Shown here: positions 1 through 12,400 of the stretch, in pieces
How the letters are laid out: each line of letters opens with the position of its first letter
Numbering within the stretch: the first letter of the stretch is position 1
NCBI GenBank assembly: GCA_964016885.1
Contig: OZ024740.1
Location: 29,264,001-29,328,000 of the forward strand
Length of the DNA: 64,000 bases
Source of the DNA: Eledone cirrhosa
Taxonomy: Eukaryota
Direction of reading: 5' to 3'
Translations under genes and position numbers: made by a program
Notes under the pieces: model-generated
Databases searched by the model: none
The model's input: the letters and a program-made list of their open reading frames with translations, nothing else
Told to the model about the DNA's origin: nothing

Positions 1-105
1 CGCTGGCTGGACTAAAAAGTCACACTCGTTCAGCGCATCGGTAAGGGTTCTCCTACATGGATATAAAGTAGTGGCCGTACTCGAAAACGAGTTGGCAGCC
101 ACCAT
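1..105 (+). mobile_element. Family A non-autonomous RTE-derived element, 3' end only (cut by window edge)
   Basis: Matches the 3' end of the other A copies, ending GCCGTACTCGAAAACGAGTTGGCAGCCACCAT. Confidence 0.8.
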
Positions 106-116
106 ATGTATATATA

Positions 117-720
117 TCACCAGTTGGTGCTACTGGTAACATGTATCCCAGTACAACCTGTCCCATGGTCGGGTCGTTGGCGACTAAACTGGCAACTCCA
201 CCAAGGTTTCCTGGTGAGGAGGGTGACTTTGGACATCCTGCAGGACTAAAAACAAAACCTGTCAAAGGGCAAAGGAGCTCTTAAGAGTCAATGGCCATCC
301 AAAATCCCCGGGAGAGATGACCCCTTAGCCTTTGTAAAGGCAGAATTCTAGGAGAAGGAAAACTCTGATATAACACCTGCAACCCTGATGGTATCAAATG
401 ATGTTGACTTGTTCTTCTTTTTGGTAAATATCATCTTGGTTAAGAGAGTGGGACTGGCTTTGTGCAGTGCCTTTGCTCACTATAAAAGCTTCACGGCACA
501 GGCATTGCTTTATATCTGGAGATCTCTCTGAACTTGTCGTCACATGGTACCATGGGCCCAGCACTATGTGTCAATAATTGTCACAAGTGTAGTGTTTGTA
601 CCAGAGTTTTCAAGTCGCTGGCTGGACTAAAAAGTCACACTTGTTCAGCGCATCGGTAGGGGTTCTCCTACATGGATATAAAGTAGTGGCCGTACTCGAA
701 AACGAGTTGGCAGCCACCAT
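117..720 (+). mobile_element. Family A ~605-bp non-autonomous RTE-derived element
   Basis: Near-identical to copies at 6703, 7455, 8983, 11729(-) and 53755. The 3' part reads [24 protein letters not shown] (C2H2 remnant), then a CTCG-AAAA-CGAG stem-loop and a TATG-type tail. Confidence 0.8.
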
Positions 721-1230
721 GTATATATGTATATATATATGTATGTATATATGTATATATGTATGGCTGTATAGTTGCATGTGTGTATGTATATAAGTAT
801 GTATGCATATATGTATATATATGTATGTATTTATATATGGTTGTATAGTTGCATGTGGGTATGTATATAAGTATGTATGTATATATGTATATATATGTAT
901 GTGTATATATATGGCTGTATAGTTGCATGTGGGTATGTATATAAGTATGTGTGCATATATGTATATATGATGTATGTATTTATATATGGTTTTATAGTTG
1001 CATGTATGTATATAAATATGGATGCTTATATGTATATATATATATATGTATGTATATATATATATGGTTGAATAGTTACATGTGTGTATGTATGTAAGTA
1101 TGTATGCATATTTGTATGTATATATATGTATGTATATATATATATGTATGTATATATGTATATATATATATATATATGTTGTATAATTGCATGTATGTAT
1201 GTATGTAAGTATGTAAGTATATATATATAT
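721..1230. repeat. Degenerate TA/TATG compound microsatellite
   Basis: Directly visible. Confidence 0.9.
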
Positions 1231-1412
1231 ATATTGTTATACTTTGGGAGGGTCATGTTGCCAATAAGAAACACACGCACCAAATGCTTTCACTCCAATT
1301 TATTATAAATTAAAAATTCTTATTGGCAACATGAACCTCCCAAAATATAACAATATCGGTTTCAACACACGTTTTCAGATAAAGAATCTTGTTAAACAAA
1401 TTCAGAAACGAA
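1229..1412 (-). mobile_element. Penelope-like terminal fragment with internal inversion (family of 45242-46416)
   Basis: 1231-1308 is the reverse complement of ~46340-46415. 1317-1357 inverts 1231-1271. 1374-1411 is the reverse complement of ~45243-45280. Confidence 0.7.
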
Positions 1413-1430
1413 ATATATATATATATATAT

Positions 1431-1896
1431 AAATTAATAAAAATAATGAATAAAAACAAAGAAACAGTTCCTTATATTAAAAAATTCATCATTTTACGAT
1501 CGTTTCTAGGATATATATGTGTGGGTTGGTATGTATATCATATTGATGTATGTAAAATTTTTACAAACTATCAGAGGGAATATACATACCTACACATATA
1601 TATGCTGTCTTCAGAAATAATAATTATTTCTGAAGACAGCAGTAGGTATGTATATTCCCTCTGATAGTTTGTAAAAATTTTACATAGATCTATATGATAT
1701 ACATACCAACACACATATATATCCTAGAAACGATCGTAAAATGATGAATTTTTTTATATAAGGAACTGATTCTTTGTTTTTATTCATAATGTTTATTAAT
1801 TTATCTTGACTCTGTTTTCCTGTGTTTTTCATGATATTTGGATTACATTGAGTTCTTCATACGGATTGGACACTACCGTATATTTTGGTAGATTTA

Positions 1897-1898
<2 letters not shown>
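1431..1898. mobile_element. Fold-back palindrome (arms ~1431-1620 and 1624-1802, one-sided tail 1803-1898) with a hammerhead motif on each arm
   Basis: Centre CTGTCTTCAGAAATAA-TAA-TTATTTCTGAAGACAG. Core CTGAAGA...GAAACGATCGTA. Flanked by (TA)n. Confidence 0.75.
1490..1619 (-). ncRNA. Type I hammerhead ribozyme motif with extended stem II
   Basis: Minus strand ATTT-CTGAAGA-[long hairpin ATATATATGTG..CACATATATAT]-GAAAC-GATC-GTA-AAAT. The mirror copy on + at 1626-1742 has a deletion in stem II. Confidence 0.6.
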
Positions 1899-1934
<36 letters not shown>

Positions 1935-2056
1935 ATTATATAAATATATATATATGGTTGAATAGTCGCATGTATGTAAGTATGTAACTATGTATGTAAG
2001 TATATATGTATGTAAGTATGTATGTAAGTATATATGTATGTAAGTATGTATGTAAG

Positions 2057-2115
<59 letters not shown>

Positions 2116-2140
2116 GTATATATGTATGTATGTATATATG

Positions 2141-2675
2141 TCGGGTCACTCTTGAGTGCTACTGGTAACATGTAACCCAGTACAACCTGTCGCATGGTCG
2201 GGGCGTCGGCGACTAGTCCGACAACCCCACCAAGTTTACTTGGTGAGGAGGGTGATTTTGGACACCCTGCAGGACAAAAAACAAAACCTGACAAAGGGCG
2301 GAAGAACTCATAAGAGTCAACGGCCATCCAGAAGTGTGTAAATAGGTATATACACGTGTACCGCGCGGTTAAACCACTGGGAGTGAAGGACACCTAGACT
2401 TTCTCAGGACATTCTTCTAGGAGAAGCCAACTCAGGAAACTGGGATAACTCCGATATAAAACCTGCGGCTCAGAAGTTACCGATGATGTTGATCTTTTCT
2501 TCTTTTCGGGTTATAACTACTGTCGCTAAGAGAGTGGGATTGGCTCAGTGCACAGTCTTTCCTCACTTTAAAAAATAGCTTCACGCACAGGCATTGCACG
2601 ATAGAATTAATTAATAATTATTAATAATGGTATATCGGGCAATGGCCATACTCGATAACGAGGGGGCAGCCATCA
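2141..2675 (+). mobile_element. Family B non-autonomous RTE-derived element (relative of A)
   Basis: Shares the 5' ~190 nt and middle blocks with A. Ends GCCATACTCGATAACGAGGGGGCAGCCATCAT then TATG. Second copy at 11177-11666. Confidence 0.75.
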
Positions 2676-2701
2676 TGCATGTATGTATTTATGTATGTAT
2701 G

Positions 2702-5700
2702 CTTTCTCTTTCTCTTAATTTCGAGTATATTTTTTTGACCGGCCACCTTCCTGGTGGCAAGGTTGTAAAAGAAAAGAAATTGTCATCCCTTGAATCGCAA
2801 GAACGTTTTGCAAATTTTGAAGGTGCCAGCTATCGCAGCCATTTGTAGACTATGAATTAGGGAGCTGCGCTTTTTGTCAGCAAATCCAAGTTCAGTCATA
2901 CTTTGGTCCAAGCGGGTTGGTATATAACCCGTAGCACCAATAATGATGGGTATGAATCTAAAGGTGTATCTTGGATACTGGATTTGTAAACTCCTCATCA
3001 ATGGTCCGTAGATGTCCTCCTTCTCCTGTATTTTTCTGACAACGTTTACATCAAGTGGGTAGCTGATCTCCACAACAGAACACGTTTTCAATGTGTGGTC
3101 CCAAACTACAATATCAGGCCGGTTGTGCTTTAATTTGGTGGCAGTTTTTATTTTCAGGTTCCACCAGTATTCCTTAGTGCCATCTGTCTCAATATATTCT
3201 TCCTCGTTTGTTGTTAATTTTGTTTTCCGAAGTGCGTTCCAGATGGTTCTAGCTATCCCACCGTGTCTCATGGGGAGGTAGTAGCGAGATGACATTCTTT
3301 CGCAGCTGGCAACAATGTGGCTTACATCCTCGATTTTTGTTTTACATAGCCTACATTTATTGTCAGCTGCTGGCCCTCCTCTTTTGTGCAGCAGATATTT
3401 GGTAGGGAGTTCTTGTTTCTGTATTGCATAGAGATATCCCTCAAGGTGTGATGTCATAAACTTGTCGGAACTCCATGCCAGGCTTTTTGAGTGGTTTATC
3501 CCCTTTATGGTCTGTGTTTTACGCCTCAAGTATCCATGCACAACTTTTTCTGTAAATTGGTCAATTTGTTTATCTGTTTGAACATTGAATAGGATCTTCC
3601 GATTTCTCTGGGTGAGAGATTTATATCAGGCTTTATTCCATATCTCTCCTCCAGATCAGTCGCTATTCTAATGATATTTCTTTTTTCATGCTCATAAACC
3701 TGGGCAAGATGGTTGCCAACCTTTTTCCTCTGTTGAAGGTGTTGCTTCAGTGTTACTATCCGGGTCTCATATGTTGTTAATATTGATTTTAGACCCCGGC
3801 CACCTTCCTTGCGTGAGAAGTATAGCCTATCCACATCACCATTGATGTTAAAGTTCCCAGTAACACTGAGAAGTTTTCGAGTTCTAACATCCATCTCACT
3901 TAGTTCTTGCAATGACCAGTTCAGTAGGCCAAATGTTGGCGTTAAAATTGGCACGGCATAAGTATTGTGGGCAATGTATTTGTTGTATGCTGACAGTTCT
4001 GATGACCTTATTTTCTTTACTCTTCTGAGGTATTCAGTTCTGGTTCTCTCCTTATTTATGGGTCCATCATATCTGACATTCTCATCCTGTCCAAGATATC
4101 TGTAGTTATCACCTGACTGCAGAGGTTGTATTGTCAGGCCGTTCATCTCCAGATTTCTAGAGGAGGGCACAGCTCTTCCACGTTTTACTGCCAAATATGC
4201 ACACTTGGACTCACCAAATTTCATTTTGATGTCGGTTCGAAATTGTGTAATGAGGTCCAATTGTTTCTTGATGTCATTGATATTTGGCCCATACAACTTC
4301 AGGTCATCAACAAAGAAAAGATGGGAGATACTTCTGGGCCCACTTCTTTGTCCACCTTGTTTCCTGAGTAGGTAAGATAGTGGATTCAGTGAGAGAACGA
4401 AGAGTAGCACTGACAAGCTATCACCCTGAAAGATGCCCTTCTGGTAATGTATCTTATCAGTCTTAACCTGCTCCTTCTCACCTCTAAGGATCAAATTGGT
4501 GTACCAGTTCTTGGTCAGGCGTTCAACAGCAGCTACCAATGGTTGTGGGACTTTAGCTAACTGTAAAGCCTTAATACTCCACCCATGAGGTACACTATCA
4601 AATGCTTTTTGATAGTCCAGCCACACGACAGTCATGTTTCTGCGATTCTTTGTTGTTTTTTCCTGAATCATTTTGTTAGTTAGTAGGTGATCTATGCAAC
4701 CCCACACCTCCCTCTTTCTACCAGCTTGCTCAGGTGTTATGATGTTGTTGGTAGTACAGTGATATCCTGTAAGAACAGGTTAAGGCACCCAGTATATAAT
4801 TTATACATGATGTTTTGGCAGGCAATTGGGCGGTAATTTTTAACAAGGGTGGTTTGGCTATTTTCGGGAATGAGGAGAGTAGTGGAAGTTGATAACCATC
4901 TGGGCAGTTCTTGTGTGCCCTTAATGGTTTCTCTAAACAGCCGTATGAGATCTTGCCGATAGAAAGTGAAATTCTTCAACCAGTATCCTGTAATGAGGTC
5001 TGGGCCTGGCGATTTCCTATTCGACATTTTCTGTAGAGCTGTTTCCAGTATTGACCCATCTATGTCATATTGTTTTGTCTGGACATGTTGGCAGTAGTCC
5101 TGTTCCAGTTCTTTTAGCCAATTAGCTTGTCTGTTGAATCCGTCATCCGTTTCCCATACAGATCTCCAGTAGCTCTCAACCTGTTCTTTTGAAGGGGCGT
5201 CGTTTACAGGGATTGAGCTTTTGCCACCGAAACTGCGATAAACTGATTTAGGATCTCTGGCAAACAATCTATTTAGCACTAGTCGTTTATGTGCTGTTGA
5301 CTTATATTTTAGTCTTTCTGTTGTAGCTGTGAGTTGTTGTTTCAACTGGTGTAATTTGGAGTTCAAAGTTTTAAATTGTGTATCTCCAAATCGTCTCTCT
5401 AACTTTTTCTTTGGGTCTTCCTGGTGTCGTGTGAAGTTGCTCTCTATGTTGCATTTCATAACGACTGCGATGTGTGAGATACTTCGTCTCAGGGACAAAA
5501 TTTTGGTTTTTAAATTTCGGATCCACGCTGGTTCAGGCTTTCTGTTTGTATCTTGATTGCGTGGTTTTAGATGTGTGTTATATGATAGCAATGTGACAGC
5601 TGAAACATATAACAAAACATTAAGCGTTTCAAATGTCGTTTCTACACCTTTAGATCGTATAGCCTTCAGATAATTGCCAGCTATTTCGTTCACCGCTTCC

Positions 5701-6637
5701 AATTCCAATTTAGTGGGTTCTTTACTGACTCTAGTGTTGTATTGTCTGTCACTCACATTAAGGCTGTGTATCTCTTGAAACATATCGTTCCATATCACTT
5801 GTAGGGTGCCCACAAGTTTTTGGTGCTCTGTTTGTTCAGTAGAGTCATGAATTTCAGCCTCGTTGTTGATGTGGTGACAATTACTACTAGAGTCAGCTGA
5901 CCTTTCTCGCTGTTCTTCAGTGGAAGTGGGATGGATTTCAGCAAAATTGTTGGTGAGCTGTTCACTGTTAGATTTAGCTGGCCATTCTCTTTGTCTGTCA
6001 GTGGAGGTGGGGTGGTTGTCCACAAGGGCTGTATTTGTAGTATCACTCAATTCCGTTAGATGTATCAATTTACATCTAATGATACGTTTTGCCTGTTCAT
6101 TTAAATGCTTTGGAGAAAAGTCGAATTCTGGGTGTTTGGAGTTCCATAAAGTTTTTAGCCTTTGCATAAAACCGAACTTTTGGCGTTCAGATTCTTTGTA
6201 TGCTTCATATAATACTTTGTTAAGCTCGTAGCTCCACTGTGTACAACGGTTGTAGTTGCGATTTGGTCGAAGGAGACTTGTACTTTTTGCCATGATGAGT
6301 TCGTCTATTCACTAATATTTCGTATTTATTTTTCAAAATAGTCGATGATCTTCTTTAAAAGTTACGACAAAGTTCTGTCAGAATCAAATTTAAAGTTATT
6401 CACAGCTTGGGTAATATTTCTTTTCAGTTAGTTTTTAATTCTACAACTGTGTTTTAAACGTTGTTCTTGAATCGTTTGAATCGAGAACAAAAAAACCGTT
6501 ACTTAGTATATTCCTTTATGAATGTAATATAATATAACAACGCTGTATTTATATGTTAAAGTTTGTGTATCATTCATATAAATAGGTGTTCTACAAACTG
6601 TTCACAACATATTCACAGTTCAAAGACTTATATTTTT
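2702..6637 (-). mobile_element. R4/Dong-clade non-LTR retrotransposon, apparently full length, inside (TATG)n
   Basis: Single RT plus restriction-like endonuclease ORF with short UTRs. (TATG)n at both junctions (2676-2701, 6638-6700). Confidence 0.85.
2783..6293 (-). pseudogene. R4/Dong ORF (RT, CCHC finger, PD..D endonuclease) broken by two frameshifts near 4750 and 3540
   Basis: NYRPIACQN, WLDYQKAFDSVPH, GIFQGDSLS, FFVDDLKLY, YRYLG, RKEGGRGL, CRLC..SHIVASC, RH, RPDIVVWD..VVEIS. Confidence 0.9.
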
Positions 6638-6702
6638 ATGTATGTATGTATGTATGTATGTATGTATGTATGTATGTATGTATGTATGTATGTATGTATA
6701 CG

Positions 6703-7307
6703 TCAGGTCACCAGTCGGTGCTACTGGTAACATGTATCCCAGTACAACCTGTCTCATGGTCGGGTCGTTGGCGACGAAACTGTCAACCCCACCAAGGTTT
6801 CTTGGTGAGGAGGGTGACTTTGGACATCCTGCAGGACTAAAAACAAAACCTGTCAAAGGGCAAAGGTGCTCTTAAGAGTCAATGGCCATCCAAAATCACC
6901 GGGAGAGATGACCCCTTAGCCTTTGTCAAGGCAGAATTCTAGGAGAAGGAAAACTCTGATATAACACCTGCAACCCTGATGGTATCCAATGATGTTGACT
7001 TGTTCTTCTTTTTGGTAAATATCATCTTGGTTAAGAGAGTGGGACTGGCTTTGTGCAGTGCCTTTGCTCACTATAAAAGCTTCACGGCACAGGCATTGCT
7101 TTATATCTGGAGATCTCTCTGCACTTGTCGTCACATGGTACCATGGGCCCAGCACTATGTGTCAATAATTGTCACAAGTGTAGTGTTTGTACCAGAGTTT
7201 TCAAGTCGCTGGTTGAACTAAAAGTTACACTTGTTCAGTGCATCGGTAGGGGTTCTCCTACTTGGATATAAAGTAGTGGCCGTACTCGAAAACGAGTTGG
7301 CAGCCAC
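6703..7307 (+). mobile_element. Family A element
   Basis: Near-identical to other A copies; TATG on both sides. Confidence 0.85.
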
Positions 7308-7454
7308 TACTATATATGTATGTATGCATGTATGTATATATGTATGGTTATATGGTTGTATGTATGTATGTATGTATGTATGTAAGTATGTATACTTATA
7401 TGTATGAATGTATATATGTATGTGTGTATGTATGTGTGTATGTATATATGTATG

Positions 7455-8063
7455 TCAGGTCACCAGTTGGTGCTACTGGTAACATGTATCCCAGTACAAC
7501 CTGTCTCATGGTCGGGTCGTTGGCGACTAAACTGGCAACCCCACCAAGGTTTCTTGGTGAGGTGGGTGACTTTGGACATCCTGCAGGACTAAAAACAAAA
7601 CCTGTCAAAGGGCAAAGGAGCTCTTAAGAGTCAATGGCCATCCAAAATCACCGGGAGAGATGACCCCTTAGCCTTTGTCAAGGCAGAATTCTAGGAGAAG
7701 GAAAACTCTGATATAACACCTGCAACCCTGATGGTATCCAATGATGTTGACTTGTTCTTCTTTTTGGTAAATATCATCTTGGTTAAGAGAGTGGGACTGG
7801 CGTTGTGCAGTGCCTTTGCTCACTATAAAAGCTTCACGGCACAGGCATTGCTTTATATCTGGAGATCTCTCTGCACTTGTCGTCACATGGTACCATGGGC
7901 CCAGCACTATGTGCCAATAATTGTCACAAGTATAGTGTTTGTACCATAGTTTTCAAGTCGCTGGGTGACCTAAAAAGTCACACTCGTTCAGCGCATCGGT
8001 AGGGGTTCTCCTACATGGATATAAAGTAGTGGCCGTACTCGAAAACGAGTTGGCAGCCACCAT
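7455..8063 (+). mobile_element. Family A element
   Basis: Near-identical to other A copies; lies in the tail of the previous copy. Confidence 0.85.
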
Positions 8064-8206
8064 GTATATATGTATGTATGTAGGTATGTGTGGATGTATA
8101 TATGCGTGTATGTGTGTATGTACATATGCATGTATGTGTGTATGTATATATGTATGTATATATATATACATATATATATATGTATGTATATATGTATGTA
8201 TATATG

Positions 8207-8237
<31 letters not shown>

Positions 8238-8266
8238 ATATGAATGCATATATGTATATATATATA

Positions 8267-8893
<627 letters not shown>

Positions 8894-8982
8894 GTATGTA
8901 TGTATGTATGTATGTATGTATGTATGTATGTATGTATGTATGCATGTATGTATGTATGTATGTATGTATGTATGTATGTATG

Positions 8983-9590
8983 TCAGGTCACCAGCTGGTG
9001 CTACTGGTAACATGTATCCCAGTACAACCTGTCCCATGGTCGTGTCGTTGGCGACTAAACTAGCAACCCCACCAAGGTTTCCTGGTGAGGAGGGTGACTT
9101 TGGACATCCTGCAGGACTAAAAACAAAACCTGTCAAAGGGAAAAGGAGCTCTTAAGAGTCAATGGCCATCCAAAATCACCGGGAGAGATGACACCTTAGC
9201 CTTTGTCAAGGCAGATTCTAGGAGAAGGAAAACCCTGATATAACACCTGCAACCCTGATGGTATCCGATAATGTTGTCTTGTTCTTCTTTTTGGTAAATA
9301 TCATCTTGGTTAAGAGAGTGGGACTGGCTTTGTGCAGTGCCTTTGCTCACTACAAAAGCTTCACGGCACAGGCATTGCTTTATATCTGGAGATCTCTCTG
9401 CACTTGTCGTCACATGGTAGCGTGGACCCAGCACTATGTGTCAATAATTGTCACAAGTGTAGTGTTTTTACCAGAGTTTTCAAGTTGCTGGCTGGACTAA
9501 AAAGTCACACTTGTTCAGCGCATCGGTAGGGGTTCTCCTACATGGATATAAAGTAGTGGTTCTACTCGAAAACGAGTTGGCAGCCACCAT
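8983..9590 (+). mobile_element. Family A element
   Basis: Near-identical to other A copies; preceded by (TATG)n. Confidence 0.85.
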
Positions 9591-9723
9591 GTATGTATAT
9601 ATGGAGTAAATTATGTATTTAGGCCTTTGAGTGTAATGTGTACTATATAACATCTGTCCTACATGGTGTCATCAATAACTGCCTATCTCTGCCTCTCGAT
9701 CTCACTTTCTCTCCATATATATA

Positions 9724-9727
<4 letters not shown>

Positions 9728-9787
<60 letters not shown>

Positions 9788-9868
9788 CGCGCGTATGTGT
9801 GTGTGTATGTGTGTGTGTGCGTATGTGTGTGTGCGTGCGCGTCTGTGTGTGTGTGTGTGTGTGTGTGC

Positions 9869-9957
<89 letters not shown>
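9728..9957. repeat. (TG)n/(CG)n microsatellite
   Basis: Directly visible. Confidence 0.95.
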
Positions 9958-9960
<3 letters not shown>

Positions 9961-10160
9961 TCGTAAGAAGAAGGCTTGTACATGCAACATAAAATAATTA
10001 ATACTTCCAGTAAATATAATGTTTTGCATTCTGAATCGAACGTAAATCAAATCCGTTCACCAGACATCGAATAAAGAATACATACATAAACACATACATG
10101 CATACACACATACACACATACATACATACATACGCACATACACACATGCATACATACATA

Positions 10161-11070
10161 AATGGTTGACATTAGCACAAACATTACTGGTCCCCAAGAA
10201 CAGACACCCACTTGGCAAAAAACTACCGACCCATTGCATGCCAGAACCTGATGTATAAGATGTATACAGCCTGCCTGAACCTATTCCTCCTAAGATCACT
10301 GTGAAAATAATAACATCATCCCAGATGAACAAGTAGCTGGAAAGAAAGTGGTTTGGGGATGTGCTGAACAACTCCTAATCAACAAAACTGCGATGTCAGA
10401 GGTGCGACAACTCAGGAGGGATATGACTACAGTCTGGCTGGACTACAGGAAAGCTTTCGATTCTGTTCCCCACTCTTGGATGATAGAGGCCCTCCAACTT
10501 GCTAAAGTCCCAGACATTATTGTCAGAGCCATAGAGAGGCTGTCTTCTTCTTGGGCTACTATCCTAAGGTTAAAGACAGAGAGGGAGGACTCTATTTTCA
10601 CTGATAAAATAAAATATTGCAGAGGTATATTTCAGGGGGACAGTCTCTCTGTGATATTATTCATTTTGTCATTAAACCCATTGTCCTTTCTGTTCAAGAA
10701 ATGTGAGGGATACATCATTGGCTCACAGGAGGACAGAAATACGAACCTAACCCATAATTTCTTTGTGGACGATCTGAAACTCTATGCCAAGAACATGGAT
10801 GGGATGAAGAAAAATCTTGACCTGGTTACAACGTTCTCAAAGGATATAGGAATGGAGTTTGGCCAAGATAAATGCTCTTACATGACTGTAATGCGGGGAA
10901 AAACAACAACCCAATCTAGCAACATTTTCATCAATGGCCTAACTGTTTTTCCGATATCTGATGAGGACTGATACAGATACCTGGGGATAGATGAGAACAT
11001 ATCCTATAATGGTATCTGTAATAAAGAACGCATAACCAGGGAATACTACACCCGATTAAGAAAGATTTGA
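10161..11070 (+). pseudogene. RT fragment of a second, diverged R4/Dong family
   Basis: KNYRPIACQNLMYK upstream of ORF 10348-10971 (WLDYRKAFDSVPHSW, GIFQGDSLS, FFVDDLKLY), then YRYLG after a stop. Starts directly after (CATA)n-like repeats. Confidence 0.85.
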
Positions 11071-11176
11071 TGTTGTGTAAGTTCCAATGACAGAGTCTTG
11101 TGTCTATGTTAGAAACAGACTCTCTCTCTCTCTTGGTAAAAGTTTGTGAAATTATAAAACCCAGAAGAACATACAC

Positions 11177-11666
11177 GATGGCTGCCCCCTCGTTATCGAG
11201 TATTGCCATTGCACGATATACCATTGTTAATAATAATTAATTAATTCTATCGTGCAACGCCTGTGCGTGAAGATATTTTCTAAAGTGAGGAAAGACTGTG
11301 CACTGAGCCAATCCCACTCTCTGAGCGACTGTAGCTATAACCTGAAAAGAAGAAAAGATCAACATCATCGGTAACTACTGAGCCGCAGATTTTATATCGG
11401 AGTTATCCCAGTTTCCTGAGTTGCCTTCTCCTAGAAGAATACCCTGACAAAGGCTAGGAGTCCTTCACCCCCAGTGGTTTAACTGTGCGATCGGGTCTCC
11501 AGCCCGACTATTTCTATGTCCCCGCGCATATACATACATATATACATGTGTATATACATATTTACACACTTTTGGATGGCCATTGACTCTTATGAGTTAT
11601 TCCGTCCTTTGTCTGGTTTTTTTTTTGTCCTGCAGCGTGTCCAAAATCACCCTCCTCACCAAGTAA
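11177..11666 (-). mobile_element. Family B element, 5'-truncated
   Basis: Reverse complement of ~2235-2675 with a small extra segment near 11490-11525. Confidence 0.75.
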
Positions 11667-11728
11667 ACATACATACATACATACATACATACATACATAC
11701 ATACATACATACATACATACATACATAC

Positions 11729-12337
11729 ATGGTGGCTGCCAACTCGTTTTCGAGTACGGCCACTACTTTATATCCATGTAGGAGAACTCCTACCGATGCG
11801 CTGAACGAGTGTGACTTTTTAGTCCAGACAGCAACTTGAAAACTCTGGTACAAACACTACACTTGTGACAAATATTGACACATAGTGCTGGGCCCATGAT
11901 ACCATGTGATGACAAGTGCAGAGAGATCTCCAGATATAAAAAAATGCCTGTGCCGTGAAGCTTTTATAGTGAGCAAAGGCACTGCACAAAGCCAGTCCCA
12001 CTCTCTTAACCAAGATGATATTTACCAAAAAGAAGAACAAGTCAACATCATTGGATACCATCAGAGTTGCAGGTGTTATATCAGAGTTTTCCTTCTCCTA
12101 GAATTCTGCCTTGACAAAGGCTAAGGGGTCATCTCTCCCGGTGATTTTGGATGGCCATTGACTCTTAAGAGCACCTTTGCCCTTTGACAGGTTTTGTTTT
12201 TAGTCCTGCAGGATGTCCAAAGTCACCCTCCTCACCAAGAAACCTTGGTGGGGTTGCCAGTTTAGTCGCCAACGCCGCGACCATGAGACAGGTTGTACTG
12301 GGATACATGTTACCAGTAGCACCAACTGGTGACCTGA
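11729..12337 (-). mobile_element. Family A element (minus strand)
   Basis: Reverse complement of A, with (CATA)n on both sides. Confidence 0.85.
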
Positions 12338-12400
12338 CATACATACATACATACATACATACATACATACATACATACATACATACATACATACATACAT

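Noticed and set aside
53-265. Recurrent [16 protein letters not shown] as a small gene family
   Set aside because: Antisense frame of family A with a TTG start that runs into flanking microsatellite
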